64,000 nt of DNA from the human T2T-CHM13v2.0 reference genome, Homo sapiens, in NCBI RefSeq assembly GCF_009914755.1, contig NC_060937.1. One strand, given 5' to 3'. Position 1 is the first letter of the stretch. Every line of letters starts with the position of its first letter. Below are positions 21,531-36,487 of this stretch, piece by piece. The notes under the pieces were generated by a model. That model was not told the DNA's origin. It was given only the letters and a program-made list of their open reading frames with translations, and ran no database searches. A program made the position numbers and the translations under genes.

Positions 21531-21652
21531 GGTGCAGCAAGCCGGTATGGCACGTGTATACGTATGCAACAAACCTGCACGTTCTGCACATGGATCCCAG
21601 AACTTCAGTAAAGTTTTTATTTTACTTAAAGTAAAATTAAAAAAAAAAAAAT
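21531..21652 (+). mobile_element. ~120-bp L1PA 3' tip nested in the tail of an AluJ (21163-21670)
   Basis: ggtgcagcaa...tggcacgtgtatacgtatgcaacaaacctgcacgttctgcacatggatcccagaactt = L1PA terminus; exact TSD AGAAAGAAAGGAAAA at 21516-21530 and 21653-21667. Confidence 0.85.
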
Positions 21653-22137
21653 AGAAAGAAAGGAAAAAAATATTAGAGGGAAATAAATGTGTCCTCTCTC
21701 CCCTGCCCCCAAACTCTACCTGTTTTCCATAAGGGTGGATTTTTCCACATATTCCTGCCTCTTTCTGTCTCCTGACTGTCTGATTGCTACATTTCCTTTG
21801 AGGGACTGACTTGTGTAGTTCTTCTTTTTCCTGTCCGTTTTTCTCTACAAAAGAACCAGCCACCAGCCTAGTCTATTCCTGGGGCAGTTCTTTGTTCCCC
21901 GTGTTGCAGGTCTTCATCGTCCCATGTGACTGGTGGGTAAGTCGAGGACACAGTGGGGGTGGGAGTGGGGATGCTTCAAGCCCATTTGGCCTTCACAATA
22001 AACTATGACTTCCAACATTTTAAATTTAAAAGTAATATTTTAAATCTCTCTTTTGTCTTCCACTGCCTGAAAAGAGAGGTGCTATTTATTGAACTCTTGA
22101 CATCTCTACAACAGTAAACATAATTTGAAAAAAATGA

Positions 22138-22395
<258 letters not shown>

Positions 22396-23000
22396 TAAGC
22401 AATCTTCCTACCTCAGCCTCCCAAAGTGCTGGGATTATAAACATGAGCCACCTCGCCTGTCCTCATATCTTGATTTATTGTAATATGTTCTTTTCACCCT
22501 TCCTTTTCTCAAGATACCTGTCTAGTCTCTGTTCAAACATACTGTTCCTCCCAAGAGTCAGTAAAGACTAATTTATGTAACCAAAAAGTCTCCATCAGTT
22601 TGGAAAAACAGGTATCAATAAATTCTAATTGTTGTACAACTGTATTTTTTAATTTTGTTTTTTCTTTTCCTTTTTTTTTTTTTTTTTTTTTTTTGAGACA
22701 GAGTCTCACTCTGTTTCCCAGGCTGTAGTGCACTGGCATGATCTCGGCTCACTGCAGCCTCAACTTCCTGGGTTCAAGTGATCCTCCTGCCTCAGCCTCC
22801 AAGGAGCTGAGACCACAAGCACGAACCACCACACCCAGCTATTTTTTTGGTATCTTTTAGTAGAGACAGCATCTCACCATGTTGCCCAAGCTTAACTGTA
22901 TTTTTTTTTTAAGATTTAAGTGATGAAAGTATTTTTCTGAATGAATGAGAGATTAATCCATCAATTACTGTCATGCGTTTTCTTTTCTTTTTTCTTTTGA

Positions 23001-23162
<162 letters not shown>

Positions 23163-23325
23163 TAGTAGAGATGGGGTTTCACCATATTGGCCAGGCTGGT
23201 CTTGAACTCCTGACCTCAGGTGATTCACCCACCTCGGCCTCCCAAAGTGCTGGGATTACAGGCATGAGCCACCGTGCCCGGCTGTCATGCATTTTCATGA
23301 ATGATTTGCAAATCTTCCTCTGTAG

Positions 23326-23688
<363 letters not shown>

Positions 23689-24185
23689 TGAACTCCCGAC
23701 CTCAGGTGATCTGCCCACTTCGGCCTCCCAAAGTGCTGAGATTACAGGTGTGAGCCAGCTAACTTTTTTTTTAAAAGAGTGATGGGAGTCTCACTATTCT
23801 TCCCAGGGTGGACTTGAACTCCTGGGATCAAGAGATCCTCCTGCCTCAGCCTCCGAGTATCTGGGACTGTAGGTGGGGCCCCCTAAAAACTTTTTTTTAT
23901 TTTGAGACAGGGTCTTACTCTGTTGCCGAGGCTGGAGTACAGTGGCGTGATCATGGCTCACTGCAGCCTCAACTTCCTGGGCTTAAGTGATCCTCTCGCC
24001 TCAGACTCCCAACAAGCTGGGACTATAGGCATGTGCCACCACATCTGGCTAATTTTTTTTTTTTTTAGTAAAAACAGGGTCTCACCATGTTGCCCAGCCT
24101 GGTCTAAGTCCTGGGCTCAAACAGTCCTCCCACCTCAGTCTCCCGAGTAGCTGGAACCACAAGTACATGCCACCATGCCAGCTAA

Positions 24186-24329
<144 letters not shown>

Positions 24330-27300
24330 TAATTTTGACTTAATATCAGAGTTACAAAAAAGTTGCAAGAATCATGCAAATAATTACCATTTGCTCTTTA
24401 CTGAGATTCTCCAAATATTTGCATTGTATCACTTTATCCTTTTCCTTGTCTCTTTTGTTTATTCCCCTGAGCCTTTTAAGAGTACTTTGCAGATACGATT
24501 TTGCTTTACTGATAATGTTTCATGAGCATTTCCTAAGAATAAGAACATTCTTTTACATAAGCATAGTACAATGATCAAAATCAGGAAATTAACATTGATA
24601 CAATACTATTATCTAATCTAAAGATGTTATTGAGATTTCCCCAGTTGCCCTAATATGCCCTCTGTTGAGAAGTCAATCTCAGATTACTCATTGCATTCAG
24701 TGGTCATGCCTCTTATACCTTCTTTAATCTAGAATAGTTCTTCAATCTGTCTTTTATAACACTGATATTTTTGGAGTACATGTCAGTTATTTTGTGGACT
24801 ATCCATCAGCTAAGTATTCCTTTGATCCTATATCCATTGGCATTAATGTGTCTCTAGAAGCTATGGTGATTAAAAGTAATCCCTTTTCTGTGTCTTCATA
24901 TTTCCAGTTTTACATTCCAGCACCACCTCTTACTACATGTGTGACCACTTAACCTCTCTAAGCCATAGTTACTCATCTTTAAAATTCAAAGAATTAGGCT
25001 AGACTTTGTGGGTCACGACTGTAATTCCAACACCTTGCAGGGCTGAGACAGGAGGATCCCTTGAGCCCAGGATTTGAAGACCAGCCTGAGCAAACATAGT
25101 AAGACCCTGTCTCTATTAAAAAATTAAAATTAGCCAGGTGTGGTGGTGTACTCCTATAATCCCAGCTACACGGAAGGCTGAGGTCAGAGGATGGCTTGAG
25201 CCTAGGAGTTGGAGGCTGTAGTGAGCTGTGATTGGGTCACTGCACTCCAGGCAGGGTGCCAGAACCCATTCTGTCTTGGGGGGAGGGGAGGAAAATTGTA
25301 ATAATTGTACCTGCCTAATAGGTTATAGAGAGCATTAAAGGCAGAGACATATGAAAGAAGTTATCCAGCCGGGCTTGGTGGCTCACACCTGTAACCCCAG
25401 TACTTTGGGAGGCCGAGCCGGGTGGATCACGAGGTCAGGAGATCAAGACCATCCTGGCTAAACCTGTCTCTACTAAAAAATACAAAAAATTAGCCGGGCA
25501 TGTTGGCACACGCCTGTAATCCCAGCTACTTGGGAGGCTGAGGCAGGAGAGTCACTTGAGCTGGGAGGTGGAGGTTGCAGTGAGCCAAGAAGATCTCGCC
25601 ATTGCACTCCAGCCTGGGCGACAGAGAAGACTCTGTCTCAAAATAAATAAATAAATAAAAATTAAGAAAAAACAAGGCCAGGCACGTGGTGGCTCACACC
25701 TGTAATCCCAGCACTGTGAGAGGCCTAGGCGGGCAGATCACCTGAGGGCGGGACTTCGAGACCAGCCTGACCAACATGGAGAAACCCCCGTCTCTACGAA
25801 AAATACAAAATTAGCCGGGCGTGGTGGCACATGCCTGTAATCCCAGCTACCCAGGAGGCTAAGGCAGGAGAAGTACTTGAACCCGGGAGGCAGAGGTTGC
25901 GGTGAGCCGAGATCGCGCCACTGCACTCTCCAGCCTGGGCAACAAGATTGAAACTCCGTCTCAAAAATAAATAAATAAATAGGAATTTATCCAATGCATG
26001 GCACAAAATCATTTGCTTTTTGTGTGCTTTGGCTTCTCAACTCCTCACTACTTGGCCACCCTTACATAGATGCGTTCTAGTTTGCCCCATGTATCTCTAA
26101 AAATGGGGTTCTATAGCCGCAAGTGGTGGCATGCACCTGTAGTCCCAGCTACTTGGGAGGCTGAGATGGAACGTAGAGGCTGCAGTGAGCCGAGATCGTG
26201 CCACTGCAGTCCAGCTTGGGCAAAAAGAGTGAAACTCCATCTCAAAAAAAAAAAATTGTCAAGAGAGAACCCAATAGGAAGCCTTGTGACAAATGTGAAA
26301 CATTTCTTTATAAGTTGAAATCAATCACTCTCTGGGTCAGTTATTTCAAATAGCTATAAATAAATTGTTAGGAACATCCAGCTAGATTTTAAAAAGTGAT
26401 TCTCGGAGCCCTCGCGCCCACCACGCCACCATAAAAAAATAAATAAATAAACAACAACAAAAGAGAAAAAGAAATAAATTGTACAGGCTTGTGAGCTAAT
26501 TCACCTTTCACCGTCTTACTCCACAGAATAACTAAAGATGAAACCCCCTTCCCTTAGCAATCTCCATTCCTCCCCCATCCCTGGAGGGGGTGGGAGGAGA
26601 AAAAGAATCACCAAAGATTTTTTTCTTATGCCTCTGGCATCCCCCCAGGCTACCAATTTAATAGCACTGTTTCTTTTTTAAGTGCTTGTCTTAGTTTAGC
26701 CCAACTCATTTGTATTGAAATAACATTGGTCTCAAGTGGTTATTACTTTTCTTCTTACAAATCACTTGTTTAATAATCTATTCTAGTATCTTAATAGAGG
26801 TAGATTCAAGCAATAGTGAGAAGCTTCCAAAATCCTGGTCTCTTTCTAACAATGTCACTGAGTTGCTATGTGACCTAGGGAAGGTCACTCTTTTAACCTA
26901 GACATTTCCTTTAAAACAATGAGAAAATTTGATCTACCACTTATTAAGCTCACTGTGCCAACTACCTTTATTTGATTTTTGCCACGATCTATGCAGTAAA
27001 TATTCTCCCTGTTTTACAGATGAGAATACCGAGGCTTAGATACATTTAAAACCTTACCTAAAGTCACTCATTATAAGTGGTGGAGCTGCTAGATATATAG
27101 ACTCACAGTGGCAAATTTTTACAAACTCCTTATGCTGCGATTGACTTTAGGACACTCTATGGCCATTAACTGTAATCTTATACCAAATGGTACAGCCTTA
27201 AAAAATAGACTTGCTTTTTTAGAATTAAAAAAAAAAAATAGATTTGCTTGAGGATCTAAGTGCTCGCTACTCAACTAAAAGACAGCAATTCCCAAAGTGT

Positions 27301-27904
27301 TTTTGAAGGAACACTAGTTCCGCCAATAGCCTCAGGATAAAACAGCTGTACTGTCAAATGTTTGACATACATTTCATACTACTGTGATTCTTTTGGAGAT
27401 TTAAAGGGCTCTGCAAAGCACTTTAGAAAAGAAACTTGTTTAACATTCTTGAGTCACAGAGCTTGAGTTTCCTGAAGCACGTTTAACATATAAGCTGTTA
27501 CAAGGTGGTAAAGTTTTTTGTTTTGTTTTTTTTTTTCTTTTTACTCATTAGGACTTCAAGAATGTTTATCCAGAGAAACAATAAGATTTAAAAATGTGTA
27601 TTCTTAGCTGGGCTCATTGGCTCATGCCTGTAATCCCAGCACTTTGGGAGACTGAGGTGGGCGGATCGCTCGAGCCCAGGAGTTCGAGACCATCCTAGGC
27701 AACATGGCAAAACCCCATCTCTACCAAAAATAAAAAAATCAGGCAGGCATGGTGGCACACACCTGTAGTTCCAGCTACTCGGGAGGCTGAGGTGGAAGGA
27801 TCACCTGAGCCCGGGAGGTCAAGGCTGTGATGAGCCATGATGGTGCCATTGCACCCCAGCCTAGGTGACAGAGTGAGAACCTGTCTCAAAACACACACAC
27901 ACAC

Positions 27905-28370
27905 GAGTTCCTGGGAAAGCAAAATGGAGGGGTGTGTGTCTAACCTAATGGTCTGCAATCTGGCCTACAGCAGGAAGCTGGAAGAGTTCAAGGAGGGTAT
28001 TCTGGCCGATAAATCCCTAGCTACTAGAACTGACCAGGACAGCAGAACAGCATTGCACTAGGCATGCTCAGCTGGACATAAAGGAATTGATGAATTTTTG
28101 TTGCAACTTGGAGTGCCAGTGAATGATAAAGACGATGCAAGTTGGTCTCCTCTCAAATTGCGGCTTCTGCTGGCCGGGATGAGATTGTAAAAGCCCTTCT
28201 GGGAAAAGGTGCTCAAGTGAATGCTGTCCATCAAAATGACTGTACTCCCCTACATTATGCAGCTTCCAAAAATAGGCATGAGATTGCTGTCATGTTACTA
28301 GAAGGCAGGGCTAATCCTCATGCTAAGGACATTATGAGGCTACAGCATTGCACTAGGCAGCAGCCAAGGG
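27905..28370 (+). pseudogene. Processed pseudogene of PSMD10 (gankyrin), codons 1 to ~150
   Basis: ATG at 27924 reads [16 protein letters not shown]...DQDSRTALH*; later frames give ...AASAGRDEIVKALLGKGAQVNAVHQNDCTPLHYAASKNRHEIAVMLLEG... (ankyrin repeats). Intronless, with stops TAG at 28059 and 28354 and 1-nt deletions near 28153 and 28330. Confidence 0.95.
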
Positions 28371-28545
28371 GTTTTGTGAGCATCTAGGTTGGTGACACAT
28401 CCACATGCCAGAAGAGTGGTGCACCCCAACTTCATGGGAACAGAAGCTCCTATGCTCGGGACCCTTCTGGACCTCACCCTATGTACCTCTTCAGCTGCCC
28501 ATTCATCTATACCTTTATAATGTCCTTTATAATAAACTGGTAAAC
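28370..28545 (+). mobile_element. MER21-type LTR fragment ending just after its poly(A) signal
   Basis: gcaccccaacttcatgggaacagaagctcctatgctcgggacccttctggacctcaccctatgtacctcttca...cctttataataaactggtaaac matches the recalled MER21B/C LTR; AATAAA at 28531-28536, A-tract from ~28546. Confidence 0.75.
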
Positions 28546-29311
28546 AAGAAAAAAAACACACACAAACCCAAAAACAAAAAAATTAGCTGGTCATAGTGGC
28601 ACATGCCTATAGTCCCAGCTACTCAGGAGGCTGAGGCAGGAGAATCACTTGAGCCCAGGAGGTCAAGGCTGCAGTGAGCCATGATCACACCTGACCCCTG
28701 CGCTCCAGCCTAGGGGATGGAGTAAGACCCTGTCTCAAAAACAGCAACAACGACAACCAACCAACCAACATCAACAAAAAACCAACCAACAACAATAAAA
28801 CAAAAACAAAAATAAAAAAACCCATATATTCTTATTTAAATCTCCAAACTGCCTATTTGGATAATGCTTTAATTTTTAAAATGGGCCTACTCCTGTCCTG
28901 GTGTGTCCATTATGTGACCTTCACAAACAGCCTAGTTAGGGATGTGCTATTATCCCGATTTTACATTTTCAGGGAAAGGTCTTGAGTTGTTAAGGAATGT
29001 ACTCAATGCCTTACAGCTAGAGAAAGGTGAAACTCAAATTCAAATTTTCGCAATCCAAATTCAGTACTCTTTCACTTAACCACCTGTAATGTGTATTTTT
29101 CTGCCGTTTATCATTTTAAAAGCTTGCTGACATTTTTTAAAACAAGCAATTTTGAGAAAAAGGAAAGGTTATATTAAAAATATAAGATGACCAGCCGGGC
29201 GCGGTGGCTCACGCCTGTAATCCCAGCACTTTGGGAGGCCAAGGTGGGTGGATCTCACCTGAGGTCAGGAGTTTGAGACAGCCCGACCAACACAGTGAAA
29301 CCCCATCTCTA

Positions 29312-29473
<162 letters not shown>

Positions 29474-30353
29474 TCAAAAAAATAAATAAATAAAAATAAA
29501 GAAATAAATATATGATATATATGATGACCTTATAGTTTTAATAGTAAAAACCATATTTGGGACTTTTCCCTTTTAACATTACTCCTTAGCATCAGCAGTT
29601 TAGGGTTTGGAATGGAAAACAGGCTATACCTTACTATGTTTGGGTCTTGTGGGAAAACAGTCTAATCCTGGAAACAGCAAATTAGCCCACAGCTATACCT
29701 GTTTACCTAGTCAATGTGTGTTTGTTCTGTTTGAAGATACTTCAAAAGTAACAACTGTAAAAGAGATTACTGCTTTGATCAGAGAATCTGAATCCCCTTT
29801 GTTGACCATGAATGATTGGTCTTTGTGATGTTAATGTTTCTTTTAAGGAATATCAGATCTGTAAATGCACCTTAATTACAGGCAAGCAGTTTTGGAGGGA
29901 ATTTGTGACAGCATTTTATGGAAAGTCTTTCCTAGTTCCCCTTCAAATCTAATTATAGTAGAAAGATTGTTTTAGGCCAAGCAGCAAAAAGCTATAATTA
30001 TTAGTGCTTTCATTAATGTTCATGTAGGTCAAAAAAGTTATCTTATGAAGAATAAGATTTAAATCTCAAAAATGCTTAATTTTCCCTATAAAGCACAGAA
30101 CAACATGCAGAGCCTTAACTGAGATGTCCTTACTAACCTGTTCACCATAATTATGCTGGCAGCTCAGGAGGCCGTTTTACGAAGACTTTACATTTAGAAA
30201 CAGCACGTAGGAATCCACAACTCAAACAATTTCTGATTCCCAAATTTTATTTTTAAATTTGCAACCAACAGTCCAATTAGAGTACATGAGTACCATATGG
30301 AGACAGAAATTTTTTTTCAGTTCTGCTATGTTCATTTTGTGGTATTAGGCTGA

Positions 30354-30590
<237 letters not shown>

Positions 30591-31229
30591 TGAGTAGTTG
30601 GGACAACAGGCATATGCCACCACACCCAGCTAATTTTTGTATTTTTAGTACAGATGGGGTTTCACCATGTTGGCCAGGATGGTCTTGATCTCTTGACCTT
30701 GTGATCCACCTGCCTCAGCCCCCCAAAGTGCTGGGATTACAGGTGTGAGCCACTTTACCCGGCTGAAGACATATGTTAATACAGAATGTTAGATGTTGCT
30801 GAAGATGTGAGGAAACAGAATTGCTAAACTGCAGATAGGGTGATTTACTTAGACATGAGGAAGAATTTCTCAACAGCAGAGTGAAATCTTATGTGGAGGT
30901 GGTTTGAAAGTTGCATACTTTATGAAATAGTATGTGGCAAAGACTGGGCACACAGCAAGGCCTGTTCTAAGAGGAACATTTCAATTGATTGCATTTGTTA
31001 CTGTACATGGTATTAAGTCCCAGAATGGGATTTTTCTACTCACCTGGTTGCAATGCTAATAATGACCACCATTCAGCATTGTATACACCAAGTACTTACC
31101 AACTGCTACCTTCCAAGGATTTTTTTCAATATTATGTTAACATTTAAACTTATCATTTAAAAAGCTATGAATAGAGCCAGCCTCGCCTGTGTATGAGGAA
31201 AAATGATATCTCTGAGGTTTAAAGCATAC

Positions 31230-31545
31230 TGAATTAACACATTCCAAGTCATTTCTTCTTCTTCTTGTTTTTTTTTCCTAATTATGGCAGCAATTAGCTT
31301 TGCAGCATTGCATTCATTCCAAACAGCAGGGATGGAAAACAATAATCCTGTTTACCTGAAGCTGGAGAGAGTGTACCTAGCTTTGTTCCCTCCCCAGCCT
31401 AATCTAAATGCTTTGCTAGGTGCCATCCCACACAATAGACTGTGACTGAGTCACTAGCAAACCCTCTCCCTCACCTGGTTAATTCACTTGTCACTGTAAA
31501 CCTCTGCAAGGTCAAGAAATAACAGATAACAGGTCATTTCCAACT
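31230..31545. promoter_or_regulatory. Candidate KLF5 upstream enhancer
   Basis: Repeat-poor block with AP-1 TGAGTCA (31447), TEAD CATTCC x2, FOX TGTTTAC, SOX ACAAT x2, GATA AGATAA and AGGTCA x2. Motif inference only. Confidence 0.5.
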
Positions 31546-33110
31546 TAATAAGGTGGCACATTTTACTTACATTCACTTAAAAAGATAGAGCCCTCAGATA
31601 TATGAATACCTGTTTTAAAAAAATCGTTCGATCTGTTAAAATTATCACAGGGAAAATAACAGAACTCTCTTGGATTGTTCTTGACAATTAATGGAATAGA
31701 AAGGTGGCGATTGTAAATGCTTTTTTTTTTTTTTTTGTCTTTGCAGTAATGGAGAAGAGTAAATTATTAAATGGACACATTATTTACGTTTGAAAAAAAG
31801 CTGCATCTCATGCTAGGAAAATAGGTTACAGGCAATTTTGCATTACAATGTGAACATGTCATTAGTTTTAATTTTCCACACCAAAGATTGTAGGGTAATT
31901 TGCTTTCATTAGAATGGAGTAGTTTTTCCTCTACATACATTATCTTTCAAACCTCTATTGCCTCCATGAGAGATTTTAGTTCTTCTTTTCTTAATTTGTA
32001 AGAAAAATAGTCTTGATTTTTCTAAGTATCTAAATATTGTGGCAAAAGTTTTATTGCATATAACAAGAGCTGAAACACAGGGTGAACGCACTGCAAATGT
32101 GTCATAACCATTGCACAATGCCAAATATCATAATATATGAAGGTATACCACCACCATTTGACATGTTTTAGTGTTGTAGGGCACTAAGTGTACACAGTGT
32201 ATTTCTCTGCTGTAAAATGTAGGCTACTATAGAGGAAGAACAGTAATCAGTTACACATTAACCATAAAAGGTCATTTCTTGCGGCAAATGATATGTTGAT
32301 CAAGCAATATTTGTCAGTAGACCTGAGTCTTACTACTGAATGACGCTCATGAAGAAAACCATTGTCCAGTGGGACATCATCATATATGCAAATCATCCAT
32401 TTGTTTGGATGGTTTAAATATCATCAAGTCTTTATCTTCGCTTCTATAATGTAACTCACTGACTTTTCAGCTAATCAATCCCTGATGCTACATTTTTCTG
32501 TTAACTTACTATGCTGCACAGTCAAACAATGATTAATCTCCTAATGTTAACTATGCGATAAGAAAAATATTAAAAGAAAATGAATGACGTATTCACTTGT
32601 GTTACAAAATTGTCTATAAACTAGTTTCCCAGCATGAGCTGTGGTTTATTTTCAAACTTAAATAACTTGTCTATGTAACCTTATCTTCCAGGTACTTCCT
32701 GCAAACTTCATACATTATGCAATCAAGCCCATAAATATAGGTAGAAGTTAACTTGAATGGCTGAAACAGAGTTAACCACACACATGTAGTTAGAGCGTTA
32801 TCATTTCTGCCATAAACCTCTCCCTTTTAAGAGATTTACCAAGCTATCATAAAAAATGTGTTATTGCCTGTATCTTTGCAAAACATGAGTTCCTATGAAG
32901 TGACTTGCCAGCCTGGGCAACAAAGACAGACCTTGTCTCTACAAAAAAATTTAAAAATTAGCCAGACGCGGTGGTATGCGCCTGTAGTCCTTGCTACACT
33001 CAGGAGGCTGAGGCAAGAGGATTGCTTGAGCCCAGGAGTTCCAGGCTGCAGTGAGCTATGATTGCGCCACTGCACGCCAGCTTAGATACCAAAGAAAGAT
33101 CCCATCTTAA

Positions 33111-33369
<259 letters not shown>

Positions 33370-33916
33370 TGATCTACCTGCCTCAGCCTCCCAAAGTGCT
33401 GGGATTACAGGTGTGAGCCACCGCACCCAGCCGACTTGGCTTCTTAAACATTAAACATACTGGATTGTTGCTACATGTCACAATGGCCAGTGTGTTTGTA
33501 TACTGATATCACTGAATTGAGGTGGCACTGGTATTAAGTATTCTCTCTTTAGTTTTTCTAAATTTCTGAAAAATTAACATATTATAACTCCAATGATGAC
33601 ATATTACCAGGATCATACAAACAAATGCATTCAACCACCTCACCAAACAAACAAGGCGAAGTGTAAACCAGGATGCTTTATGGAGGAAAAAAATGAATAG
33701 ACTTAATCAAATATTCATGGTGAGAGGGATAGAGATTTTCCAGAGACATATCAACCGAAAATAATTGGGCAGGAAAATTGAAAGGATCAGACTTTCTTTC
33801 ATAAGTTGACTTTGTAAAATGCTACATAGCAAGCATCACATTGATCATTCTGCTGGTTCCTTTTCAGGAGCTGCTGCCAGTGCTTTGTATCTTACAGCAT
33901 ATGTGGAGTAGATTAA

Positions 33917-34246
<330 letters not shown>

Positions 34247-34601
34247 TAGCCAGGATGGTCTCGATCTCCTGATCTCGTGATCCACCCACCTCGGCCTCCC
34301 AAAGTGCTGGGATTACAGGCGTGAGCCACCGCGCCTGGCCTTATTATTCATTTTTTAAAATAGAGACAAGGTCTTGCTATGTTGGCCTGGCTGGTCTCAA
34401 ACTTGTGGCCTCAAGCAATCCTCTTGCCTCAGCCACCGAAACTGCTGGGATTACAGGCGTGAGCCACCATGCCCAGCCTAGAGATCTTCTTGTGTCAGTA
34501 CAGATATAGACACTTTATTCTGTTAAAATTGCTGAATAGGCCAGGTGCGGTGGCTCACGCCTGTAATCCCAACACTTTGGGAGGCCGAGGCAGGCAGATC
34601 A

Positions 34602-34919
<318 letters not shown>

Positions 34920-35547
34920 TTAATCATTTACTTGATCATTACATACTTACTGTTGGATATTTAGATGGCTGCTGATTTTTCATTATGACAAACAGTGCTG
35001 CAATAAACATTCTGCTATGCCTATCTTTGTGCACATTTGAATAATTTTGAGGAACAAATTCTTAAAAATGGAATGTCAAAGTGTATGACACTTTTATGTG
35101 TGTGTGTGTGTATGCATATATATATTTTTTTATTTTTTATTTTTGTAAAGATGGGGTTTTGCCCATGTTGCTCAGGCTGGTCTCAAACTCCTGAGCTCAA
35201 GCAGTTCACCCACCTCAGCCTCCCAAAGTGCTAGGATTAAAGGTGTGAGTCGCCACACCCAGCCGAAATTTTATATTTAACAGATCCATGAAATTGCCCT
35301 CTGTACAGATATATATTTTACAAAGTCCACAAGAAGTTATATTTTTACTGACATTATGAGACTTTCAGTTTCCTCTACATCCTCCTGGAATCTTTCTCAT
35401 TTTTGTACATCAGTTGAACAAAATGCTATTCCATTACTGTTTTAATTTGCATTTTCCTCATAGTCAGGGGGTTGGAAATCTTTTCCTATGTTTATTGGCC
35501 ATTTGTATGTCTTTTTTGTGAATTGCCTATTTACTCCTATTGCCTAA

Positions 35548-35916
<369 letters not shown>

Positions 35917-36307
35917 TAGTAGAGACGGTGTTTCACCGTGTTGGCCAGGATGGTTTCAATCTCTTGACCTTGTGATCTGCCCACCTCAGTCTCCCAAAGT
36001 GTTGGGATTACAGGCGTGAGCCACTGCGCCCGGCTAATTTTTGTATTTTTAGTAGAGACAGGGTTTCTCCATGTTGGTCAGGCGGGTCTCGAACTCCTGA
36101 CCTCAGGTGATCCACCTGCCTCAGCCTCCCAAAGTGCTGGGATTACATGCGTGAGCCACTATGCCTGGCCAGTTTATCTTTTTCTTTAAATAGCTTTTTA
36201 AAGAATGTCTTTTGTGATTGTGAATATTAATCTTTTGCTGCAAATAATTTCTCCTAGTCACTTACTATTTTGGGAACTTGAGGGTAGAGGGGTCACTTAT
36301 CATTTAA

Positions 36308-36487
<180 letters not shown>

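Noticed and set aside
26390-26431. tRNA-Leu-like 3' end (cccaccacgccacca)
   Set aside because: Only patchy similarity and no GTTCRA T-loop; left as an unidentified insert.
27837-28387. ORFs resembling gankyrin as a functional gene
   Set aside because: Two in-frame stops, two frameshifts, no introns and no visible promoter: a processed pseudogene.
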